This document shows, one piece after another, positions 25,552-36,600 of a DNA stretch of 40,194 nt. The first letter of the stretch is position 1, and the number at the start of each line of letters is the position of its first letter. The translations under genes and the position numbers were made by a program. The DNA is from Nemertoderma westbladi (lineage: Eukaryota; Animalia; Xenacoelomorpha): positions 1-40,194 of the forward strand of contig JAUCBJ010003612.1 of NCBI GenBank assembly GCA_032718475.1, given 5' to 3'. The notes beneath the pieces are model-generated. The model saw only the letters and a program-made list of their open reading frames with translations. It was not told the DNA's origin and searched no databases.

Positions 25552-27693
25552 TACCATCCCTGTATGTGGTACATTTACCTTGTACCACATCATCCCTGTA
25601 TGTGGTACATTTACCTTGTACCACATCATCCCTGTATGTGGTACATTTACCTTGTATCATACCATCCCAGTATGTGGTATATTTACCTTGTATCATACCA
25701 TCCCTGTATGTGGTACATTTACCTTGTACCACATCATCCCTGTATGTGGTACATTTACCTTGTACCATACCATCCCTGTATGTGGTACATTCACCTTGTA
25801 CCATACCATCCCTGTATGTGGTACATTTACCTTGTACCACATCATCCCTGTATGTGGTACATTTACCTTGTACCATACCATCCCTGTATGTGGTACATTC
25901 ACCTTGTACCATACCATCCCTGTATGTGGTACATTTACCTTGTACCACATCATCCCTGTATGTGGTACATTTACCTTGTATCATACCATCCCTGTATGTG
26001 GTACATTTACCTCGTACCACATCATCCCTGTATGTGGTACATTTACCTTGTACCACATCATCCCTGTATGTGGTACATTTACCTTGTATCATACCATCCC
26101 TGTATGTGGTACATTTACCTTGTACCACATCATCCCTGTATGTGGTACATTTACCTTGTACCATACCATCCCTGTATGTGGTACATTCACCTTGTACCAT
26201 ACCATCCCTGTATGTGGTACATTTACCTTGTACCACATCATCCCTGTATGTGGTACATTTACCTTGTATCATACCATCCCTGTATGTGGTACATTTACCT
26301 CGTACCACATCATCCCTGTATGTGGTACATTCACCTTGTACCATACCATCCCTGTATGTGGTACATTTACCTCGTACCATACCATCCCTGTATGTGGTAC
26401 ATTTACCTTGTACCACATCATCCCTGTATGTGGTACATTTACCTTGTACCACATCATCCCTGTATGTGGTACATTTACCTTGTACCACATCATCCCTGTA
26501 TGTGGTACATTCACCTTGTACCATACCATCCCTGTATGTGGTACATTTACCTTGTACCACATCATCCCTGTATGTGGTACATTTACCTTGTACCACATCA
26601 TCCCTGTATGTGGTACATTCACCTTGTACCATACCATCCCTGTATGTGGTACATTTACCTTGTACCACATCATCCCTGTATGTGGTACATTTACCTTGTA
26701 CCACATCATCCCTGTATGTGGTACATTTACCTTGTACCACATCATCCCTGTATGTGGTACATTTACCTTGTACCACATCATCCCTGTATGTGGTACATTT
26801 ACCTTGTATCATACCATCCCTGTATGTGGTACATTTACCTTGTACCACATCATCCCTGTATGTGGTACATTCACCTTGTACCATACCATCCCTGTATGTG
26901 GTACATTTACCTTGTACCACATCATCCCTGTATGTGGTACATTTACCTTGTACCACATCATCCCTGTATGTGGTACATTCACCTTGTACCATACCATCCC
27001 TGTATGTGGTACATTTACCTTGTACCACATCATCCCTGTATGTGGTACATTTACCTTGTACCACATCATCCCTGTATGTGGTACATTTACCTTGTACCAC
27101 ATCATCCCTGTATGTGGTACATTTACCTTGTACCACATCATCCCTGTATGTGGTACATTTACCTTGTATCATACCATCCCTGTATGTGGTACATTTACCT
27201 TGTACCACATCATCCCTGTATGTGGTACATTTACCTTGTACAATACCATCCCTCTATGTGGTACATTTACCTTGTACCATACCATCCCTGTATGTGACAC
27301 AGTTACCTTGTACCATACCATCCCTGTATGTGGTACATTTACCTTGTAACACATCATCCCTGTATGTGGTACATTTACCTTGTATCATACCATCCCTGTA
27401 TGTGGTACATTTACCTCGTACCATACCATCCCTGTATGTGGTACATTCACCTTGTACCATACCATCCCTGTATGTGGTACAGCTACCGTGTACCATACTA
27501 TCCGAGTATGTGGTAAATTTACCTTCAACCACACCATCCTTGTATGTGGTACATTTACCGTGTACCATACCATCCATGTATGTGACACAGTTACCTTGTA
27601 CCATAATAATCCCTGTATTTGACACAGTTACCTTGTAGCACACCATCCCTGTATGTGGTACATTTACCTTGTACCATACATACATACCATAAT

Positions 27694-27948
27694 GTCGCAG
27701 TGTCCGAGTGGATACGGCGCCTGGACTGCTTACACAATAGTGTTTGGTGGTGCAGGTTCGAACCCGACTAAAGGCTGTAGAAATTTCGCACTGTTGTGTC
27801 CCTAGGCAAGACACTTTAGACATTAGTGCCTACGCCAACCCAGCGGTATAATGGGAACCTGGCTTTGCTGGGGTAATAATAATAAAAGCGCTTTGAGTAT
27901 GCTGAGCGTAGAAAAGCGCTATATAAATATCCAATATTATTATTATTA
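27694..27948 (+). mobile_element. Same SINE, copy 2 (apparently identical, offset 2397 bp)
   Basis: Same sequence and same flanks (acatacataccataat / ataccatccc) as copy 1. Confidence 0.88.
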
Positions 27949-30829
27949 TACCATCCCTGTATGTGGTACATTTACCTTGTACCACATCATCCCTGTATGT
28001 GGTACATTTACCTTGTACCACATCATCCCTGTATGTGGTACATTTACCTTGTATCATACCATCCCTGTATGTGGTACATTTACCTTGTACCACATCATCC
28101 CTGTATGTGGTACATTTACCTTGTACAATACCATCCCTCTATGTGGTACATTTACCTTGTACCATACCATCCCTGTATGTGGTACATTTACCTTGTACCA
28201 CATCATCCCTGTATGTGGTAGATTTACCTTGTACCATACCATCCATGTATGTGGTACATTTACCTTGTACCATACCATCCCTGTATGTGACACAGTTAAC
28301 TTGTACCACACCATCCCTGTATGTGGTACATTTACCTTGTACCATACCATCCCTGTATGTGGTACATTTACCTTGTATCATACCATCCCTGTATGTGGTA
28401 CATTTACCTCGTACCATACCATCCCTGTATGTGGTACATTCACCTTGTACCATACCATCCCTGTATGTGGTACATTTACCTTGTACCACATCATCCCTGT
28501 ATGTGGTACATTTACCTTGTATCATACCATCCCTGTATGTGGTACATTTACCTCGTACCATACCATCCCTGTATGTGGTACATTCACCTTGTACCATACC
28601 ATCCCTGTATGTGGTACATTTACCTTGTACCACATCATCCCTGTATGTGGTACATTTACCTTGTACCACATCATCCCTGTATGTGGTACATTCACCTTGT
28701 ACCATACCATCCCTGTATGTGGTACATTTACCTTGTACCACATCATCCCTGTATGTGGTACATTTACCTTGTACCACATCATCCCTGTATGTGGTACATT
28801 TACCTTGTACCACATCATCCCTGTATGTGGTACATTTACCTTGTACCACATCATCCCTGTATGTGGTACATTTACCTTGTATCATACCATCCCTGTATGT
28901 GGTACATTTACCTTGTACCACATCATCCCTGTATGTGGTACATTTACCTTGTACAATACCATCCCTCTATGTGGTACATTTACCTTGTACCATACCATCC
29001 CTGTATGTGACACAGTTACCTTGTACCATACCATCCCTGTATGTGGTACATTTACCTTGTAACACATCATCCCTGTATGTGGTACATTTACCTTGTATCA
29101 TACCATCCCTGTATGTGGTACATTTACCTCGTACCATACCATCCCTGTATGTGGTACATTCACCTTGTACCATACCATCCCTGTATGTGGTACAGCTACC
29201 GTGTACCATACTATCCGAGTATGTGGTAAATTTACCTTCAACCACACCATCCTTGTATGTGGTACATTTACCGTGTACCATACCATCCATGTATGTGACA
29301 CAGTTACCTTGTACCATAATAATCCCTGTATTTGACACAGTTACCTTGTACCACACCATCCCTGTATGTGGTACAGCTACCGTGTACCATACCATCCCTG
29401 TATGTGGTACAGTTACCGTGTACCATACCATCCCTCTATGTGTTACAGTTACCCTCTACCATACCATCCATGTATGTGGGACAGTTACCGTGTACCATAC
29501 CATCCCTGTATGTGAAACAGTTAACTTGTACCACACCATCCCCGTATGTGGAACAGCTACCGTGTACCATACCATCCCAGTATGTGGTACAGTGACCCTC
29601 TACCATACCATCCCTGTATATAGTACAGCTAATGTGTACCATACCATCCCAGTATGCCAGTATGTGGTATATTTACCGTGTACCACACCATCCCTGTATG
29701 TGACACATTACCTTGTACCACACCATCCCTGTATGTGGTACAGCTACCGTGTACCATACCATCCCAGTATGTGGTACAGTGACCCTCTACCATACCATCC
29801 CTGTATATAGTACAGCTAATGTGTACCATACCATCCCAGTATGCCAGTATGTGGTATATTTACCGTGTACCACACCATCCCTGTATGTGACACATTACCT
29901 TGTACCACACCATCCCTGTATGTGGTACAGCTACCGTGTACCATACCATCCCAGTATGTGGTACAGTGACCCTCTACCATACCATCCCTGTATATAGTAC
30001 AGCTAATGTGTACCATACCATCCCAGTATGCCAGTATGTGGTATATTTACCGTGTACCACACCATCCCTGTATGTGACACATTACCTTGTACCATACCAT
30101 CCCTGTATGTGACACAGTTACCGTGTACCATACCATCCCTGTATGTGAGACAGTTAACTTGTACCACACCATCCCTGTATGTGGTATATTTACCTTGTAT
30201 CATACCATCCCTGTATGTGGTACATTTACCTTGTACCATACCATCCCTGTATGTGGTACATTTACCTTGTACCATACTATCCCTGTATGTGGTACAGCTA
30301 CCGTGTACCATACTATCCGAGTATGTGGTACATTTACCTTCAGCCACACTATCCTTGTATGTGGTACATTTACCTTGTACCATACCATCCATGTATGTGA
30401 CACAGTTACCTTGTACCATACCATCCCTGTATGTAACACAGTTACCGTGTACCACACCATCCCTCTATGTGGTACAGTTACCCTCTACCATACCATCCAT
30501 GTATGTAGTACAGCTACCGTGTACCATACCATCCCAGTATGTGACACAGTTAACTTGTACCACACCATCCCCGTATGTGGAAAAGCTACTGTGTACCATT
30601 CCATCCCAGTATGCCAGTATGTGGTACAGTTACCGTGTACCACACCATCCCTGTATGTGACACAGTTACCTTGTACCACACCATCCCTGTATGTGGTACA
30701 GCTACCGTGTACCATACCATCCCTGTATGTGACACAGTTACCGTGTACCATACGAGTTGTGGTACAGTTACCGATTACCATACCATTAATCTATATACCC
30801 AGTTACCAGCCATCTGTTATTATTTTCAG

Positions 30830-31000
30830 CCTAGGGAACGCGGAAAACTTAGGTTCCATCGACTACAAAACTGCCAGAATGTTCTAGATTTCCTCAGATA
30901 TAAACGTATCCGATTGGTTAATATCAGCAACGATAACATAGCAGATGGTAACCCTAAGATTACACTGGGCCTCGTGTGGATTTTTATACTGCACTTCCAG
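30830..31000 (+). CDS. CH1 C-terminal exon PRERGKLRFHRLQNCQ...DGNPKITLGLVWIFILHFQ
   Basis: ttttcag acceptor, CAG|gtaaga donor, 171 nt, phase 0-0. Confidence 0.95.
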
Positions 31001-31459
31001 GTAAGATAATATGTACCAAACAACGCAATGAATAATATACATTGTGAACACCTAACAGTGGCGGACAGTTTTTATGGCGGCCAAAAAGCTGACATAATGT
31101 CAACAAATTGATGTCCTGACCTGATGAATAATCTTATGAAGTGTTAGAACATTATTTTAAATTGCCGCCACATAAATTATTATATTACAACACATGTGGT
31201 ATCCATACATTATTCCTTTGCTTATTTTTAATAAAATCATCGTATATTTATTTATATAATATACTATCATTAATTTTGCTGAGTTTTGAAGCTCATGTTT
31301 TATTTGTTTATAATTTTATTTATGCTATTTTACACACTGGAAATGTGTTTGGTTTGATATGTCGTGTTCCATTTCATCTAAACCGAAACTAAAGGGAGTC
31401 CCTTGCCGCTTCGGTTTATTATACGTTGGTTATTTACTGTTTACTGTAATGACTCACCA

Positions 31460-31729
31460 ATGTTATTCATGGTAAACGTACTATCTGGTTTACTTGTGGC
31501 GGCGTTACTCGCTACATCACGCCTCTACCGGCTGCCCTTTCTACCGACCTCTTTCCGAAGAAGGGTCGCTACAACTGTTCTAAACGTCTGTCTCGTCGCC
31601 TGTAATTTTCTGGAACGTATTTCATATGGTTGTCATGACGACGATATCAGTTTCCAAGGAATTATAGCTGACGGAGATAGTAACCATGACAATCAAACGA
31701 ATGGCATGCAAGGATTCGATGGCGAGAAG
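31460..31729 (+). CDS. Possible alternative first exon for a CH1-less isoform
   Basis: Open frame from ATG 31460/31469 to ...MQGFDGEK|gttgat (phase 0), compatible with the exon at 32199. GC-richer than the surrounding intron. The donor is weak and no homology is recognised. Confidence 0.25.
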
Positions 31730-31888
31730 GTTGATTTCGATTATTTTTATGTGTTCGATATCTGTTGTTATCGTTACCGATATATGTTACCTTTATAGTA
31801 GTTTCGATAAAACTATAAAACTAATAGCTCCCAACACTAACACCCAAGACTCCACAAATAACCAACCCATTCTTTAATCCACCGTCAG

Positions 31889-32055
31889 CAGGTTCCCATT
31901 GTACCCATAGGTTTGCCTGAGCACTAATGTCTAAAGTGTCCTGCTTAGGGGCACAATAGTTCTAAATTATACAGCATTTAGTTGGATTTGAACCTTCACC
32001 GCCTAACACTATTACGAAAGCAGTTCATGCGCTGTATCCACTCGGACACTGTGAC
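31889..32055 (-). mobile_element. Diverged, 3'-incomplete copy of the same SINE family
   Basis: Reverse complement reads gtcacagtgtccgagtggatacagcgc...ggttcaaatcc...acactttagacattagtgc...aatgggaacctg. Confidence 0.8.
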
Positions 32056-32198
32056 TTAATCTGTTACCAAACCGTTTTCAAACCGACGCTGTTGGTTTAA
32101 CCACGTCGGGTTGCCATTAATGTAAAGTTTAATCTATTTTTTATTTTCCTTGTAAATTACTTGTTTATTTTCTTTTTTTCTTATTTGTTTTGTTATAG

Positions 32199-32362
32199 GT
32201 TTCGGATATTGTTTCCTTTGGTTACGGTCGCGACATGTCCGCCCGCGACGCGTTGTTGCTATGGGTACGCCAGGCGACCCATGATTACTTCCCCATTGTC
32301 AACGTCACAGACTTTAGTTATAGTTGGAAGGATGGGCTGGCCTTCCTGGCGATAGTCCACAG
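32199..32362 (+). CDS. Linker/CH2 exon VSDIVSFGYGRDMSARDALLLWVRQ...FSYSWKDGLAFLAIVHR
   Basis: Long T-rich tract plus tag acceptor, CAG|gtaagt donor, 164 nt, phase 0 to 2, CH2 WxDGxAFxAIxH motif. Confidence 0.95.
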
Positions 32363-32450
32363 GTAAGTCAGTAGGGCTGGCCTTCCTGGCGATAGTCCAC
32401 AGGTAAGTCAGTGGGGCTGGCCTTCCTGGCGATAGTCCACAGGTAAGTCA
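32334..32450 (+). repeat. 3 x 40-bp tandem duplication of exon end plus splice donor
   Basis: gggctggccttcctggcgatagtccacag|gtaagtcag three times, donors at 32363, 32403, 32443. Confidence 0.95.
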
Positions 32451-33103
32451 GGTGGTCAGCTGTTAAAGGTCAGGTCTGCCCAGGTGGAAGTTGTCAATAT
32501 TTATAACCCACAAACAAACCAAGACACAACACAATAAGACAACAACAGAAAGCACCTAAAAGGCGAACATATACTTAACAGTTACTGGTAGAATATTAAT
32601 AAACACATAAAAATAAATATGATGGTCTTTTTACATGGATGATATCCACATGATACCATTGATTATTGTATGCCTTGAGAAGGGCCATTCCTTATAAATT
32701 CCTTTCGTTATGAATTATGTTTAACAATTTCATACCATGAATAATTTATTTGAACAAAAACATTCACAGTATGTATAATAATTGCCAAGTTTATTCAAGG
32801 TCTACGGGGACTTTAATAAATTATTAATTAAACATCTGCAGTTGGATTGGAATACTAAGCTTGAAAAAATAGGAGTAAGGTTCATTTATAAACGGTTGCT
32901 ATGTCAACCTCTCAGTATATATCTAAGAAACAAAACTCTACCTATTTTATGATTCAACATTCCAGTTAAACCTCCTTTAACTTTAAAATTAACGGAGCTT
33001 CGTGTCGCCCGCCCCTGATCAAATTTTGATGCTTAATATTTTAAGTGCCCAATACTGTTCCTTATTTTGGCTACGTACTTACTATATCTATTCTCTTATT
33101 CAG

Positions 33104-33236
33104 GTACCGCCCGGATTTATTCGACTTCCGCCAGCGCCGAAAAGTTAATCCCAGGGATAACCTGGAATTAGCGTTTACCCTGGCTGAAAGAGAATTTAGT
33201 GTCACAAGATTATTGGACGCAGAGGATATAACAGAG
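33104..33236 (+). CDS. CH2 exon YRPDLFDF...NLELAFTLAEREFSVTRLLDAEDITE
   Basis: attcag acceptor, GAG|gtatta donor, 133 nt, phase 2 to 0. Confidence 0.9.
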
Positions 33237-33321
33237 GTATTATGTGATTAGTTTATGTGATTATTTTACTCGGGTATGGAAGTATTGTACTCGGAGTATA
33301 ATACTTCCCTTACATTCCTAA

Positions 33322-33400
33322 TAACTCCCTAACTAGCTAACTAACTAATTAAGATAACTAACATAAACTAAAATTAGCTATAACTAACTAACTAGCTGGC
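33322..33400. repeat. Degenerate (ctaa)n microsatellite
   Basis: ctaactagctaactaactaa...ataactaactaactagc. Confidence 0.6.
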
Positions 33401-33639
33401 TACCAAACTACAGACAATGGATCAACAACGAACAACCCCTCCTGGTAGCCTCTGGATGGTACATTCACAAGAATGCTGTGCAGGCTGTTTTTTATTTTTT
33501 CTTTGCCTTTTCTATTTATCCTGCGTTGCCATTTCTCATCATCAGTTTAACTAAATATCTCCCGTTTCGAGACATGTCGGAATATACCACAAAGATTACC
33601 TCGTCTCTAATAGTGAATGGCACTGTAATCATATAAAGT

Positions 33640-36600
33640 GCTAAAGCAAAAGCAAAAGGTCGGCCGAAGCCGGAGGCGACCCTAAGGCTCCTCTTTCGAT
33701 AGCTGCTGCCCGAAGGTAGGGGTGGGCGCTACTCCTATCTGCTACCCGAAGGTAGGGGTGGGCGCTACTCCTATCTGCTACCCGAAGGTAGAGGCGGGCG
33801 CTACTCCTATCTGCTACCCGAGGGTAGGGATGGGCGCTACTCCTATCTGCTACCCGAGGGTAGGGGCGGGCGCTACTCCTATCTGCTACCCGAGGGTAGG
33901 GGCGGGCGCTACTCCTATCTACTACCCGAGGGTAGGGGCGGGCGCTACTCCTATCTGCTACCCGAGGGTATGGGCGGGCGCTACTCCTATCTGCTGCCCG
34001 AGGATAGGGGCGGGCGCTACCTGCTACCCGAGGGTAGGGGTGGGGGCCAGTCCTATCTGCTACCCGAGGGTAGGGGCGGGCGCTACTCCTATCTGCTACC
34101 CGAGGGTAGGGGCGGGCGCTACTCCTATCTGCTACCCGAGGGTAGGGGGGCGCTACTCCTATCTGCTGCCCGAGGATAGGGGCGGGCGCTACCTGCTACC
34201 CGAGGGTAGGGGTGGGGGCCAGTCCTATCTGCTACCCGAAGGTAGGGGCGGGCGCTACTCCTATCTGCTACCCGAGGGTAGGGGCGGGCGCTACTCCTAT
34301 CTGCTACCCGAGGGTAGGGGTGGGGCCACTCCTATCTGCTACCCGAGGGTAGGGGCGTGCGCTACTCCTATCTGCTACCCGAGGGTAGGGGCGGGCGCTA
34401 CTCCTATCTGCTACCCGAGGGTAGGGGTGGCCGCTACTCCTATCTGCTACCCGAGGGTAGGGGTGGCCGCTACTCCTATCTGCTACCCGAGGGTAGGCGA
34501 GGCCGCTACTCCTATCTGCTACCCGAGGGTAGGGGTGGCCGCTACTCCTATCTGCTACCCGAGGGTAGGCGAGGGCGCTACTCCTATCTGCTACCCGAAG
34601 GTATGGGCGGGCGCTACTCCTATCTGCTACCCGAAGGTATGGGCGGGCGCTACTCCTATCTGCTACCCGAAGGTATGGGCGGGCGCTACTCCTATCTGCT
34701 ACCCGAGGATAGGGGCGGACGCTACTCCTATCTGCTACCCGAGGATAGGGGCGGGGCCACTCCTATCTGCTACCCGAGGGTAGGGGTGGGGCCACTCCTA
34801 TCTGCTACCCGAAGGTAGGGGTGGGCGCTACTCCTATCTGCTACCCGAAGGTAGGGGCGGGCGCTACTCCTATCTGCTACCCGAGGGTAGGGGCGGGCGC
34901 TACTCCTATCTGCTACCCGAGGGTAGGGTTAGGGCCACTTCTATCTGCTACCCGAAGGTAGGGGCGGGCGCTACTCCTATCTGCTACCCGAGGATAGGGG
35001 CGGGCGCTACTCCTATCTGCTACCCGAAGGTAGGGGCGGGCGCTACTCCTATCTGCTACCCGAGGATAGGGGCGGGCGCTACTCCTATCTGCTACCCGAG
35101 GGTAGGGGTGGGGCCACTCCTATCTGCTACCCGAAGGTAGGGGTGGGCGCTACTCCTATCTGCTACCCGAAGGTAGGGGTGGGCGCTACTCCTATCTGCT
35201 ACCCGAGGGTAGGGGCGGGCGCTACTCCTATCTGCTACCCGAGGGTAGGGTTAGGGCCACTTCTATCTGCTACCCGAAGGTAGGGGCGGGCGCTACTCCT
35301 ATCTGCTACCCGAGGATAGGGGCGGGCGCTACTCCTATCTGCTACCCGAGGGTAGGGGTGGGGCCACTCCTATCTGCTACCCGAAGGTAGGGGTGGGCGC
35401 TACTCCTATCTGCTACCCGAAGGTAGGGGTGGGCGCTACTCCTATCTGCTACCCGAGGGTAGGGGCGGGCGCTACTCCTATCTGCTACCCGAGGGTAGGG
35501 GTGGGCGCTACTCCTATCTGCTACCCGAAGGTAGGGGTGGGCGCTACTCCTATCTGCTACCCGAGGGTAGGGGCGGGCGCTACTCCTATCTGCTACCCGA
35601 GGGTAGGGGCGGGCGCTACTCCTATCTGCTACCCGAGGGTAGGGGTGGGGCCACTCCTATCTGCTACCCGAAGGTAGGGGTGGGCGCTACTCCTATCTGC
35701 TACCCGAAGGTAGGGGTGGGCGCTATTCGTATCTGCTACCCGAAGGTAGGGGTGGGCGCTACTCCTATCTGCTACCCGAAGGTAGGGGCGGGCGCTACTC
35801 CTATCTGCTACCCGAGGGTAGGGGCGGGCGCTACTCCTATCTGCTACCCGAGGGTAGGGTTAGGGCCACTTCTATCTGCTACCCGAAGGTAGGGGTGGGC
35901 GCTACTCCTATCTGCTACCCGAAGGTAGGGGCGGGCGCTACTCCTATCTGCTACCCGAGGGTAGGGGCGGGCGCTACTCCTATCTGCTACCCGAGGATAG
36001 GGGCGGGCGCTACTCCTATCTGCTACCCGAGGGTAGGGGTGGGGCCACTCCTATCTGCTACCCGAAGGTAGGGGTGGGCGCTACTCCTATCTGCTACCCG
36101 AAGGTAGGGGCGGGCGCTACTCCTATCTGCTACCCGAGGGTAGGGGCGGGCGCTACTCCTATCTGCTACCCGAGGGTAGGGGTGGGGCCACTCCTATCTG
36201 CTACCCGAAGGTAGGGGTGGGCGCTACTCCTATCTGCTACCCGAGGATAGGGGCGGGCGCTACTCCTATCTGCTACCCGAGGATAGGGGCGGGCGCTACT
36301 CCTATCTGCTACCCGAGGGTAGGGGTGGGGCCACTCCTATCTGCTACCCGAAGGTAGGGGTGGGCGCTACTCCTATCTGCTACCCGAAGGTAGGGGCGGG
36401 CGCTACTCCTATCTGCTACCCGAGGGTAGGGGCGGGCGCTACTCCTATCTGCTACCCGAGGGTAGGGTTAGGGCCACTTCTATCTGCTACCCGAAGGTAG
36501 GGGCGGGCGCTACTCCTATCTGCTACCCGAGGATAGGGGCGGGCGCTACTCCTATCTGCTACCCGAGGGTAGGGGTGGGGCCACTCCTATCTGCTACCCG

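Larger units (their letters stand above)
25085..30785. repeat. 36-bp minisatellite (tgtaccayaycatccctgtatgtggtacatttacct) filling almost the whole intron
   Basis: Direct reading. Homogeneous core, diverged flanks, two SINE copies inside, and a 187-bp higher-order repeat at ~29570-30090. Confidence 0.98.

Noticed and set aside
25433-30887. Large Cys/His/Tyr-rich repeat ORFs on both strands
   Set aside because: They are translations of the intronic minisatellite in several frames at once and run through SINE sequence.
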